Notes: generated by a model from the letters alone, not told the origin. 64,000 bases of DNA from Heptranchias perlo (GCF_035084215.1 NC_090334.1:62744001-62808000), one strand, 5' to 3'; positions 38,461 through 50,795 are shown, counted from the stretch's first letter. Translations and numbers: made by a program.

Positions 38461-39407
38461 TGTATAATATTCAATCCTCTGACCGAATAACAATGTCCTT
38501 TGGACCACTTTCTGACAGCGTCTCCAGCTCTTACGATACTCTCTAAGAGCAGTTATATAGCTGCTGATATTTTGGCCGCTTTAATTTTTAATAAGCGGTG
38601 GCAAATAGTAGTGCAATTATCAAATCCAAGGAATGATAGTTTAAAAATAAAATTAATATTTTATCCAGTAACACTTTTATTTTCTCTCCAACTTTCTCCT
38701 TTCCTCTCCCACCCTTCCTTGCTGGGGTATGGTTCTATTGGGGGGGGGAGCAGTATCTCTGGTACCTCTCCCAAGTGGCCAGTGTTCACGTGTGGGCCTA
38801 GAGACAGCGAGTGACTGCATTTATTATTTGTACTGAGAATGACAAAACAAGACATTTACTGTGGAAATGATGAACTTGCCTTGCCTATTGCCATTGATGC
38901 TATTTTGAACAGTCTGTTTGTACTGGCGCCAGAATCTTAAGTGTCCGTTGTTCAATGGGATGTTTTTTTAATTACTTAAAAATTCCGGATAACAATGGGC
39001 CTCAAAAATTGCAATGATTTTTTTTGCAAGTTTGGAACACTCAAAGTCATTATCCTGTATTACAAAACATAAGATTATATAACAATATCCTGTAAATAAA
39101 AAATAAAATGTTAGTGCAGAAATACTAACCTAAGCCTCCAAGTGTTGAAATCTCATAGTATTTTACACTTGTAACTCGCAATCTCAGTATGATCTAAACA
39201 CAGCTACTAGCATACTGTGAACCTGCAGACAAAGTGTAGATTCATATATTTTACCTAATAAATGATCATTTGCATAATGTTTGAATGAATGTTGGACAAA
39301 GATTGAGCCAGCTGATTTCCTGGGAGCCTTTTGTCTGCTCCAGTAAGCACAGAACTATTGAATACCAGATGGTTTCTACGCCGCTTCTACTCACTAAGCT
39401 CAGCTGG

Positions 39408-39482
39408 ATTGGCTCTGCCTCAGAAGCTGCTGGGATTCACTTGATTCTCTTCGATGTCACATCCGGCTGCTGGGATTTAAAG
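39408..39482 (+). promoter_or_regulatory. Predicted CHGA core promoter: inverted CCAAT, CRE-like CGATGTCA (39452-39459), ETS-like CATCCGG and TATA-like TTTAAA (39476-39481)
   Basis: These motifs lie about 250 bp upstream of the ATG in a locally CpG-richer region. Mammalian CHGA promoters are known to use a proximal CRE next to a TATA box. Confidence 0.55.
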
Positions 39483-39729
39483 CTGGAGTTGCTGCTGCAA
39501 TCCATGCCGTTCCCGGAGTCCTGCAGCAGACAGGCAGCTCTCAGCTCAACTCAACTCAGCCAGTCCTTCAATCTCCAGCCCCAAGTCATCGCGTCGAATT
39601 CTCTGTCTTTTACCTTGTGTTTTATTTTTGAAGGGGAGGTGGGGGGCGGGCTGTACGAGGAATAAAGGAGAAAACGGTGTGGGGTTTTTTTTTTGCACCT
39701 ATTGAGCACATGCACATTCTGCAGGCAAA

Positions 39730-39775
39730 ATGATAGCATTGGGATTTTTCACTTTTCTTTTACTTGCGAATCAAG
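39730..39775 (+). CDS. CHGA: Chromogranin A coding exon 1 (signal peptide MIALGFFTFLLLANQ)
   Basis: ATG in an AAAATGA context, 46 bp long, followed by the donor GTAAG. Confidence 0.9.
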
Positions 39776-39899
39776 GTAAGGACATTTAGTTGTTTCCCCT
39801 TTCTGGATAAATGTGTCGCTTTAGTCTCGTAGATACGTTGTGATTTGAAAAAAAAATAGATAGTAATCACGAGTTATGGAGAGACGGGAATGACCCATT

Positions 39900-39920
39900 T
39901 TCAGCACCAAGGACAGAGCA
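39900..39920 (+). promoter_or_regulatory. RE1/NRSE (REST-binding site) in CHGA intron 1
   Basis: TTCAGCACCAAGGACAGAGCA matches the consensus TTCAGCACCACGGACAGCGCC at 18/21, with both half-sites and the 2-bp spacer intact. Confidence 0.88.
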
Positions 39921-40231
39921 GGGTTGAGAGACGAGGGACTCGCGACCCCAGCACAGTCCTGTATAATGTATCCATCGTAACCAATGATTCTAGAAATGAA
40001 TCCCAAATCGTGAAACTCTGTCCAGTTGTAGTAATAAAATGATGCTGAGTGTTGCTTAATTCCACCTACATGGCGTGTTGACAAGAAGTTGACTGTTTAT
40101 ATCGGTCTTTCGAAGCTCCAGTGTTTTGTCAATATTCATGACCTGGTAGCCCATGCAGACTGTTCTGAAATTCCTCTCGAATGGACAGTGGATTAGATTA
40201 CATTTCCCGATTTGTTTCTTTTCTATTGCAG

Positions 40232-40278
40232 TTTTCTCATCTCCTGTGCCCATTGAGCAATCGAAAGCCGACGCCAAG
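40232..40278 (+). CDS. CHGA: Chromogranin A exon 2 (VFSSPVPIEQSKADAK)
   Basis: Acceptor TTGCAG, donor GTAAG, 47 bp, with a phase consistent with the neighbouring exons. Confidence 0.92.
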
Positions 40279-40381
40279 GTAAGATAGTCTCCGTACGATT
40301 GTTGTTTGACCTTGGATGTCTTTCCCTTGGGGAAATTTAACCAAAACAGCACTCACTGAAACCCTTGTTTTTGCTGTGTAG

Positions 40382-40475
40382 GTAATGAAATGTGTTGTCG
40401 AGGTCATCTCCGACACGCTGTCCAAACCCAGCCCTTTACCAGTCAGCCAGGAATGCATGGAGGCTCTCAGGGGAG
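40382..40475 (+). CDS. CHGA: Chromogranin A exon 3 (VMKCVVEVISDTLSKPSPLPVSQECMEALRG), disulfide loop
   Basis: Near-identical to the vasostatin Cys17-Cys38 loop, and bounded by AG/GT. Confidence 0.97.
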
Positions 40476-40819
40476 GTAGGCTGATTTCATCTCATTTCAT
40501 TTTCTATCACCATTTCATCCAATTCCATTAAGTTAATTATGAAATCCATTTTATCTTCAGCATTAAACTGATTAAAAAAGGACATTTTGAAAAGTGATAA
40601 AGAAAACATTATTAAGATTTTCCACTTTAAATCAATTAATCGTTAAGCAGAAATCTATTTAATTTTTATAACTGTAAATCTTTTAAAAAGAAATCTACAG
40701 CCATCTACTGCTTAACTGATTAAAATCTAAAATTCTCTGCACCATGAAACCCAGACTAGGGCACATTCATGGATTTTAATGAATTGCTGATTAACTTTCC
40801 TATTCTGTGCTCTTTGCAG

Positions 40820-40888
40820 ATGAGAGAATAATCTCAGTACTTCGACATCAAAATCTGTTACGAGAATTGCAAGAACTTGCTGCTGAAG
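40820..40888 (+). CDS. CHGA: Chromogranin A exon 4 (DERIISVLRHQNLLRELQELAAE)
   Basis: Matches human DERILSILRHQNLLKELQDLA; AG/GT boundaries; 69 bp. Confidence 0.97.
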
Positions 40889-41209
40889 GTACTTTGCCCA
40901 ATGGCTGTGTTTCTGTAACTGTAAACCAGGAGACTTGGTATTTCTAAGACTGAGGACGAGTCTGAAATAGCGCCAGATTTGCAGGCTGTAACCACTAAAC
41001 ACCAATCCAACATGGTCACTGTACCCACTTTCTCCATGAACTCTGCATAGTTCCTGCAGCTAACCTAATTGGAAAAAAACAATCCTGCAGCTGTGGTCTC
41101 GCCACATAAATGTCGCCGCATTACATCGAGTCTACAGCACAGAAAGAGGCCATTCGGCCCAACTGATCAATGCCGGCATTTATGCTCCACACGATAATAA
41201 TTCACTTAA

Positions 41210-41655
41210 CCCTGAGATGAGCTTCCGACAACATATCCGCTCCATCACCAAGACTGCCTACTTCCACCTCCGTAACATTGCCTGTCTCCGTCCCTGCCTC
41301 AGCTCATCTGCTGCTGAAATCCTCATCCATGCCTTTGTTACCTTTAGACTTGACTATTCCAATGCTCTCCTGGCTGGCCTCCATCTTCCACCCTCCATAA
41401 ACTTGAACTGATCCAAAACTCTGCTGCCCAGATCCTAACTTGAACCAAGTCCCGTTCACCCATCACCCCTGTGCTTGCTGACCTACGTTGGCTCCCAGTT
41501 CAGGAACACTTCGATTTTAAAATTATCATCCTTTTTTTTCAAATCCCTCCATGACCTCACCCTTCTTTACCTCTGTAACCTCCTCTAGCCCTACAACCCT
41601 CCGAGATCTCAGTGCTCCTCCAATTCTTGCCTCATGCACTTCCCTGATTTTGACA
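41210..41655 (+). mobile_element. L2 LINE 3' fragment in CHGA intron 4
   Basis: It encodes [22 protein letters not shown]...[17 protein letters not shown] and the HITPVL..L.WLP motif. Confidence 0.88.
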
Positions 41656-42382
41656 TAGGAGGAAACCCATCAGTATATTTATGAATCTCCAATCAAGCCA
41701 CTGAGGAATCTAAACACATCTGTAGATGTTCTGTTTGCCCAATATTGAGTGCACACTCTCTCTGTAAGAACACATCCCACTTAATCCAAATCCAGACAGT
41801 TTAGATACAGGTTGGCAGAGAGCTAGGTGCTGCTGGAGTCTCTCCTGCTAAAACAGTACCACTTACCACAGCTGCAACTCCAGCTAGGTCCACCTTACCT
41901 GTCGGGGTACTGGCTTCCAGGGCTAACTTTAACAAAATAGATCAATTATTTCAAAATAATTGAGTAAAGCACCCAGCTTTCACCATGAACATTAATTCAG
42001 TTGTCCGTACTTTTCAACACAGTTAATGCAATTAAACACACAGTTGACAATCTAACGATATATGGAATACTGCACCAAGGCATTAATAAAGACATCTCCA
42101 TTTAACCCTACTGAAACCTGATATTGTCAGTAATATAGAACCTTCCTATGTCATTGCAATGTTCTACATTGACTGAGAACACAAGAAGGTACAAGTAACT
42201 CCATCTTCAAGGTGAGGGCAAATCATTAGAATCTGATATCATCAAGGATACGGTGAACTGGAATATCTGAGAACGGTCATAACATTTTCAACCCATAAAA
42301 AAGAATTCAACCAGCTCTGGATAGGATTGTAAGATTCAGTACTTTGTTCCGATAACAAAATTTCTTTGGGATTTTGGTGCAG

Positions 42383-42484
42383 GGGCCAATGAGAAGGCAC
42401 TGCAAAAAAAGCAAAGCAACGATTACAAAGACAAGCTATCTGCTGCTCTCAGGAGTCACGTCGACAAAAAGATATCATCAGCAG
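42383..42484 (+). CDS. CHGA: Chromogranin A exon 5 (GANEKALQKKQSNDYKDKLSAALRSHVDKKISSA)
   Basis: Acceptor GTGCAG and donor GTTAGT, phase 1-1, with the KK vasostatin cleavage site. Confidence 0.9.
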
Positions 42485-42968
42485 GTTAGTGTCGAGGTAA
42501 CCCAACTAATCCTTAGTGCATATTGCAGAGTCTCAGCATAATCCAGACACCTGTTCAGTTGCAGACCATCTTTTTGATCGGAGTCATGTAATGTTGGCTA
42601 AAAAATATTTGTGGTGTATTGCCAGAATCTGCCACTGAGAACATCAGAGACTGTTTAAATAGATTACATTGCAAAAAAAGCGGTATAGGTATAGGTTAAC
42701 TAGATTTTCTGTGTTGCATTTGTAACACAAATACTATGTATAGATTGCTCTCTGTACCATCATTTAAAAAAAATGAAGTAGCATTAATTTAACATGCTGA
42801 TACTCATTAAGTGATATATAACCAGCTCTTGCTGTCTTTGTTCCTGTTAGGATTCATGGTGTTTGGACAAGACATGTTTGCGGCAATGTGTTATTATGAC
42901 AGCTGAGAAAAAGCAATTAATCAAGATGAATTCTTGAAAGTTCACTTGTTGTATTGATTGCTCTGCAG

Positions 42969-43924
42969 ATAAATCATATGAGATCCCCGCAGAGGAATGG
43001 CAAGGATCATCTGCTGAGATAGTGGGAATAAAGGACAAGGAAGAGCAGGACAGCGTAGAGGGGTCACAGCCAAATGTAAGTGGACACCGCTTTCTGGACA
43101 TGCAGGATACAACTACAGGCTCAAACAGCGAAACAACCAACAGTAGAGATATGCCGACAGAAAAGAAAGATGCAACGGGAGATGAGCCAGTAAAGCGTGG
43201 TTCCACTGAAAATGAATCTGTTGCGGAGCAGTCCCAGGATCAGAGCCGAAGTGAGGAGCATAGTACAGAGGAAAGTGAGCAAAGCGAAGATGAGTACACC
43301 CAGGAAGAGGAAGTGGATGAAGATCAAATCAAAGAGAGTGAGGAGGACGAGGAAGAAAAACACAGCCGTTATGATGACAGTAAGGATGAGGAGCTAGCTA
43401 ACGGTGAAGAACCTTCACAAGAAGATAGAGGCGATGGAGAAACACAGGAAGAGAACAGAAGCCAAAGTGAAGACAGTGACCATTCAGAGGGGGATGGGAA
43501 GATCTCAGAGGAAGAAATAAAGTCCAATGAGGATAACAGGAGCCACCAGAATTCAGAGGATGAAGAAACAGAGGAGGATGAATACTCAAATAATAGTGAT
43601 GAAAAGGACAGGTTGTCTGAAGAAGAGTGGGTGGAGAGAAAAAAATGGAAGAAGATGGGTGAACTGGCCCCAGAGCAAAACTCAAGAAAACACGGAGAAA
43701 TAAGCGATGAAGATACAGCTGTGTTAGAATCTGGAAATCCCAAACCACAGAACAAACATAGTAATTTCCAAAACTCGTGGGGAGGTAGAAGATCTCACTC
43801 TGGGGAAGATATCAGGGAGAAAGGGAAGAAGAAACCCATTGCATCATACCCGGTGCGAAAAAGGCTTGATGTGGAGGATAAGAAAGAGAAAGAAGAGGAA
43901 GGAAGTGCCAATAGGAAAAATGAG
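42969..43924 (+). CDS. CHGA: Chromogranin A exon 6 (large acidic exon, 956 bp)
   Basis: Open E/D/S-rich frame with a WE-14-like KKWKKMGELA and the conserved EEEGSANRK. Acceptor CTGCAG; GT donor at 43925. Confidence 0.92.
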
Positions 43925-45949
43925 GTTTGTGTCATTTTAAGTGCACTGGCTGATTTGTTGTGCTTCCCATCAGTGGTGATCTGTATCATGGTTGTGATAG
44001 TTAGTTGCTAAGATGGAGCTATCTCTTACCAGGCCTATTTCTTGTAAGCCACTGCTCAGATACTCCCTTTGGGGGAAGTTTCTGTAGATTAGCAACTGCT
44101 TATAAACTCCCAGTCGCTGCCCCTGGGGAGGGGACAGATAACCACGGTCAGAAAAACAAGGAAATGACTGTCTTTCTTTTTGACACTGAAGCATGACAGA
44201 TTCAGGCAAGTTACGAGACATGTCAATCTATCTAGATATATCTTAACAGGTCTCATGTGACATTAGCTAGTCAGAAGATATGGGTTGTAATTTTTGAAAT
44301 CGATGGAAATGAAAATCGTACAGGTGTAAAATGGGTGGTTGATCCGCTCCGCCAGTTCATCCCCCAAAAGGTGAATGGTGTTTTATAATAGTGTTATCAA
44401 CAAAGTATGATGGGAAAGGGGTTACAGGAAGTGAGTGTCACACAAGAAGTGTGCACTATACCCAAGATACTTACTATTACCAGTAGATGTACCATGGCAT
44501 TGAATGGGGAAGTCGAGATTAAATTCAGCCTTCAGGTGAAGCGGAGTTAGACGGACAGGGATAAATGAAAGCGGGCCAAGGGAGGATTACAATGCTGGAG
44601 GCTAGAGAGTGAAGGTATGGGGGAAGGGAGAAGGTAGAGCAGGGTTACAGGTGAGAGGGTAGAGCAGGGTTACAGGTTGGGAGAGGAGAACAGCATAATA
44701 ACAACCAAAAGATAATTAAATTATTTTTACTTTTAAATGAGGGAAATGACTCACCTGGATACCTTACCAAAATGGCTGGCAGTCAGACCTGTGAAAAGGA
44801 ACAAGGTGTTCTGTCACCCAGTGGACAGAATGTGGAACTGCAGGCAGACTTAACCCAAACTTTTTAATAGGGAATCTCAGAATCACAGGCTTTTGTGACT
44901 GAAAGTGTGACTAAAGGCTGTGTGCTCTAAATGGCAAATCTTATTAAGGTGCCACATAGAGGCATCTTAGACAATTACAAATATAATGTGGTCTGGAAAC
45001 AATTAACATGTAAACTCCATAAAGAATATTGACAGGACATACCAATTTTAATAATATATGGATAGAAGTAAACGAAAAGGGGTGAGGATGATGTGCATAT
45101 GATTAGGTGCAGGTGTAATCAGGTATAAAATATCGTGTAAAAATTGTAAGGATTTAAATTGCCGTGATAAATTTATACTTTTTATTTAAAGGCCTAATAC
45201 GGCAACTATTTTTTAAAGTGTAATGGCAAACTCATTTCTCCATAGTCCAAATTAGAAATATTTGATAATAATCTACCCTACATTCATTTGTAATAGAAGC
45301 TCGTAGTTATAAAAGTTTAAAATGTATTTTCACACATGGTGTGACTGGCTAAAGTAGGTCTCTTCATCCTGTACATTATCAAGTAATGAGTTAAGCCATT
45401 TCTAAACATAGTAACTATTATTATCTAACACAGTGGAGGGGTTCAAATTACATCTACAATGAGAGCAAAGCTAGTGTGTTCCAAGGCTGTGACTCTCAAT
45501 TTAGTTTTGTTTACCTGTGGAGACTTACTGGCGACTTTATCTTACTGTCACTAACACTTAATGTGATAGCTGGTGCTTTTTATCCATGGTACTCCATGTC
45601 ATGTGACAAAGGTGGTGCAATACAACACTATGGAACCACACAAAGATCACTATTACTAGTGGACTAGAAGGGAAAGTATTACTGAAATCATTAGATTTGG
45701 TTTCAGGGATACTGGTCACGCGTAGATATTGCAGAAGACTAACCTAAACAAAAGTTATATTTGTGTATGGGATCAAGAGATAAGCTCAACATGGTGGCAC
45801 CAAGTGTCAACACATTTTTTTCTTTTTATCTCAGAAAATAGAGGTTATATCACGGCCAGTAGCAAAGTTTGAGACAAACCTCCACAAGTGAAACTGATAA
45901 TGATAAAACTGGAGGTCAGTTGTTGGCTCCACGTTTGGTAATATTTATC

Positions 45950-46220
45950 AACAACAACAACTTGCATTTATATAACGCCTTTAACGTAGTAAAATGTCCC
46001 AAGGCGCTTCACAGGAGGGTTATCAAACAAAATTTGACACCAAGCCACATAAGCAGATATTAGGACAGGTGACCAAAAGCTTAGTCAAAGAGCTAGGTTT
46101 TAAGGAGGGTCTTAAAGGACGAGAGAGAGTATTCCAGAGCTTGGGGCCTAGGCAGCTGAAGGCACGGCCCGCCAATGGTGGAGCGACGAAAATCAGGGAT
46201 GCGCAAGAGGCCAGAATCAC
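45950..46220 (-). mobile_element. L2 3' end in the last CHGA intron
   Basis: The minus strand encodes GRAFSCLGPKLWNTL and ends in an L2-type tail ATAAATGCAAGTTGTTGTTG. Confidence 0.8.
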
Positions 46221-49200
46221 TATTGCCAAGAAATATATTTATGCATCTGTATTTTTTTCAAATTCTCTCCCCTCCTCAAGGCGGTAACTCCTGCTGGAGG
46301 ATGAGTGCATAGTGCTGAGCATGCTCTGGTACCTCAGCAGGTGGCATTTATTGATGTGTGAGCTTGACAATGAATGGCAACTGGCCATTTTACCATGGAG
46401 GCATCACAAACCAGCCTGATCCTGTCTTCAGTGGATGTCCACAAATGGGCACTTCTGGCAAAGGCTGCTGGGTAGTGATCAGGAGTAGAAATCCTGTTTG
46501 ACTTTTCCCTTCCATTGTCACCAAAGCCAATTGTAGTTCCCCTGCCACTAATCAGCTAACTACACAGATCAGGGATTGAACCTGGGATCTTTCTGGTCTA
46601 CGTAGTTTAGATGCTCACTGGATAAAGTAGCTGAGCCATTTGAGATGCCCTTATGCTGTGCATTTTACTGTGTGATAACATAGCATAAATGTGGAAACAT
46701 AAGTATCTCCATAGTTTCCAGAACACACACATAGTAGAAAGAGGGCATACACATTGGGACCAGTGATTTACATAAATCGTTGCTTGGTGCAAGTAATATA
46801 ACTCACCAGCTCAGCAAATGGTGGTGAGATAATATTACAAGTTTATTTTCCTTAAACCACCACTCCATAATATGCATTTTATTCATACAATAGGCATACA
46901 TACATGTGATCAACACATGGTGTATTTTTAAAAAATTGTAACTTCATCATTTTCAGGCTCACTTGCTATTTAAATGTGGAATGTTGCATACAGTGAAGTG
47001 GCACAGCAAAGTGTTTTCTCAATACAAGTCTGAGGGCGAAATGTGCATGAAAGGCACATAAATTAAGGTAGACAGAACTTGTGCATGTAGGACTTGATTT
47101 TAAATGTGTGATTAATGATACAGTCCTATTAATAGTGCATTCACACTACAGGTTTAGTATTGGTGGAAAAGGCTTTCAGCTTCATACCAATGCTAAACTT
47201 GTGAAGTGTAAACCAAGCCTCGAGGCTCAATCTGCCTCTGAAGCAAAGCAGTGTGAAGCTATCAACTCATTTCACCTTGCTGTGGTGTCAGGTTGGGCCC
47301 TGACATTCACACTGCAAGTACAGCTTTGGTGCAAAACAAAACCACTTTACGGCAACACTAGGGGTGGATGTGAATTAATTTACTTGCGAATGGCTAAATA
47401 AGATGCATCATGACATCGGTGGCATTGTTTTTGATGCATTTTGGAGGCTCGAGGAAAGCATAAGCACCAATTTGAAGACACAGCTAGTGTATGTTTATTT
47501 TCACCTCCTCAGTTACCCCTTTATACAGACAAACCAACTATTACACCATACTCATTCAGTGAAATTTGGCAACTTGTCCCATTTGCTGGCACATTGTGAG
47601 AGCGCTGAGGTTTGACCTGGATTTCCCATCTTGTTTCTGCTCATTCCCCCTCTCCAGATGGTCTAGCTGAAGCTCAGAGTTCAATGTATGGGAAACAGCA
47701 GGGAGGAACATGGACTTACCCCCTTTTCTCTGTAGCACAGTTCACCAATGCTCCATTATTTAGCCATATTTTATTTTTCTTAAACCTTATTTATCAAAAA
47801 ATAATTAATCCATTGCTGATGTCCTGTGGCATTGCTTCTGGGTACTCTGGGCACTGGAGTGTAATTGTGATGTTTAGTGTGGTCCCAGCCAAAGCTGGGA
47901 GCGGAGCTATGCGGGGGGTCAGGGAGTGAAAGATAGCTTGGAAGGAAGGGAAGAGAGAGGCTGGGGTGTGTCGCACAGAATTTTAAAATTAAAACCACTG
48001 ACCTGGACCGAAGCTTGGCCTTGTTTCAGTTTTATTAGCTTTGAAACAAACTCAAATATGCTCACCAGAACAGTTTTTTAAAAAAAAATGTTTATTCAGT
48101 GCAGTTCCACACAGCCTCCATTACAAAATGGTTTTATGAATAAATTGTGTTTCTTCCCCGGTATTTTAAAAAATATATTAGGCTCTCAATGTTATTTTTT
48201 GGTCCTGGAGAAGCAAGATGACCACTCAAAACACTTGGAGATTCTTTTCTCAAGCATTTGATCAGTTGGGTTTTGCTTGAGTGGCTGGTTCCAGATTGGT
48301 CATTTTTTCTTACTAGTTTAAATTTGAGAGAATCAGTAAACAGTCAATGATGATTTGGGCCAATCAAAAGTGGATTCTGATTTTTCATACAACATACATG
48401 TGGAGTGTGAAGTACACATTTAGTGTATGGTCTGGAAGACTTTTAATTATATAGGTAGATTAGATTAGATTGGTTTTGTATATACAGCTTTACTGAAATA
48501 TTAGCAACGCATTCCTATTAAAAAAAAATGAAATGGATATTTATTTATAGCAAAGTATTTATTATTGCTAACCTGTTTTTATGGTTGGCGTAACAATTAA
48601 GTGCCCAATCAGAAGAAGACCACCATTTTTTAAGCTGCAATTCCTAAGGCTCAGTGCAAATACTTACACCTGCTTAGACAGGAGCACAAATGAAGCCTAG
48701 AAATGAAAACTAAGTTTAATAGCCAATATTTATAATATTCTACATACATAAAGACAGGTATTTCATTCCATTACTGTCATGGAGGTCACAGCTTCTCTGT
48801 TACCACATTCTTAAAGAGTACTTCATTGAAAATTTGTCAGTCATCTTTATTCTGTGAAAGTACATTTAAAGGAATAGTTCAAGGAAGATTCAGAAAAACA
48901 TTATTGTGAACTTAACTCCAACAGCTGCAAGGTAAAGACCTAAGAGGGTATCATGGAGGGAGGTTGGGAGGTGGGAAGCATTTTAATACCAGGCACTCCC
49001 TAGCCTATTTGGAATAAAAATTGTTTAAAAATTCTCTTAGCTGGCAGGAGAGGTGCCTAATTCGATTGTTTTCAGTCAACTGTTGTTTCAGGTTTCCCCT
49101 CTCAGCAGGGAGAAAATGTCAAGTTTCTCTTCTTTTGAGCATCTGAGGACTCTGTCCTACAAATTCACTTCAAAGCCCTTAAAGATGATGGGCACAAATA

Positions 49201-50334
49201 CATGCAGCAGTTCTATAAAGAGACATTTCTAATAGCTGTGCCTCTATGCATACTTTTCATGATTCTTTCTATTTTTGGATATTATGTACAAGATGGGCAG
49301 CAGTTTACAAGATTATACAGTGTCAATCCATTACTCACCGTGATTCTCAATAATGGTGAAAGAAATTTGTTCTACTGAGCATATGTAAGACAAAAGAAAT
49401 GAAACAGCTAACATCTAGTGTATTCATGAGGCAGAGAAATGAAAGTCACAGGGTCAGTCTAATGGCTGAACATGGCATATCCTAGCTACAATACCTGGAA
49501 ATACATTTTTATTAAGTAACTTGTTATAGTCTATAGGCCAGCAAAGTCAGTAGAAGTTGATTTGTGATAGCAGCAGAAATAGGATTTCAACTCTCATTGG
49601 TATTTCTTCACACAAGTGCTAAGTTATATTTATTTATGTTCACTGACTAGGACTCTTCACATTGACCCCAGTTTTACTTATTTCGCTAAAGATGCTAGAT
49701 ACAGTAGAGGTACAATTGGTTGTTGTAACCTTAAATGAAGTAAAATAATAGCAGCAGAATTTGTGATTAAATCGACATAAATGCAGCACTCAGTGCAAAG
49801 CATTCTCTTTTCCTACATGGAGCAACTCCATTTTGTTATTTTTTACATATATTTGACATGTAAAGTATTTCAAGCAAGTCCTGACCCCATCAGAGTATTA
49901 AATGAAAATTACAGCTGCTAACCGGTCCTTCAGGATTTTATAAGATGAAGGGAAGTAAGCATTTTCGTTCAAAGACTACCTGAAACTGTTACTGTATCGA
50001 GTTAGATCATAATGTATAAATGTTTTATCATGTCTTCAGAAAAATACTCCTCACCGAGAAGATCTTACTCAAATTTTTAAGAAAAAAACTATTGATATTT
50101 ATAAATGATTAAAAATCTTGCATAAGGCATGCACTTCCTGTCCATAAATCTTACTATGTTATCACAATTTGTGATCACACTTTTCTGTCATCATTTACCA
50201 TTGTAAATTGCTGAGTTGGCATTTCCCATTCAATTTTGCCATGTCAACTGCCACTATGTAGTTGCCAGCTCTGGCCACTCAGTGGCTCTGTGAAGCCAGT
50301 TATGGATCTCTCCCATTTCCATCACTACATTGTA

Positions 50335-50795
50335 TTAGTGGCTCAGTGGTAGCATTCTTGCCTCTAAGTCAGAAGGTTGTGGGTTCAAGTCCAACTCCAG
50401 AGCCTTGAGCACATAATTTAGCCTGACATTTCAGTGCAGTACTGAGGGAGTGCTACAGTGTTGGAGATGCTGTCTTTCAGATGAGATGTTAAACCAAGGC
50501 TGCATCTGCCCTCTCAGGTGGACATAAAAAATCCCATGGCACTATTTCAAAGAAGAGCAGGGGAGTTCTCCCTGATGAGCTGGCCAACATTTATCCTTTA
50601 ACCAACACCACTAAAATAGATGTTCCGGTCATCTATCTCATTGCGTTTGTGCGACCTTTTGTGTAAATTGGCTGCCGCATTTCCTACTTTACAACAGTGA
50701 GTACACTTTAAAAGTACTTCATTGTTTGTAAACTGCTTTGGGTCGCCCTGAGGTCACGATAGACACTATATAATTGCAAGTCTTTTCTTTCTTTC
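50335..50795 (+). mobile_element. Full-length tRNA-derived DeuSINE (SacSINE1-like)
   Basis: It has an A box (TGGCTCAGTGG), a B box (GGTTCAAGTCC), the Deu core (GTCTTTCAGATGAGATGTTAAACC..ATCCCATGGCACTATTT) and an L2-like tail. Confidence 0.85.

Noticed and set aside
5770-39400. Exons of the genes that neighbour CHGA in mammals (GOLGA5 upstream, ITPK1 downstream)
   Set aside because: No recognisable peptide was found by eye here or after 51400. Short exons could have been missed, and a tBLASTn search would settle it.
43925-44011. Hydrophobic, transmembrane-like tail of ORF 43022-44011 (VCVILSAL...VVIVSC)
   Set aside because: This is read-through into a GT-rich intron after the phase-0 donor at 43925. 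The true conserved C-terminus is the exon at 50900, and there is no evidence for intron retention.
44633-44677. 20-bp direct duplication GGTAGAGCAGGGTTACAGGT in the CHGA intron
   Set aside because: It is a simple two-copy slippage duplication with no further structure.
50335-50405. tRNA gene
   Set aside because: The A and B boxes belong to a SINE head that continues into the Deu core and tail, and no complete cloverleaf is evident.
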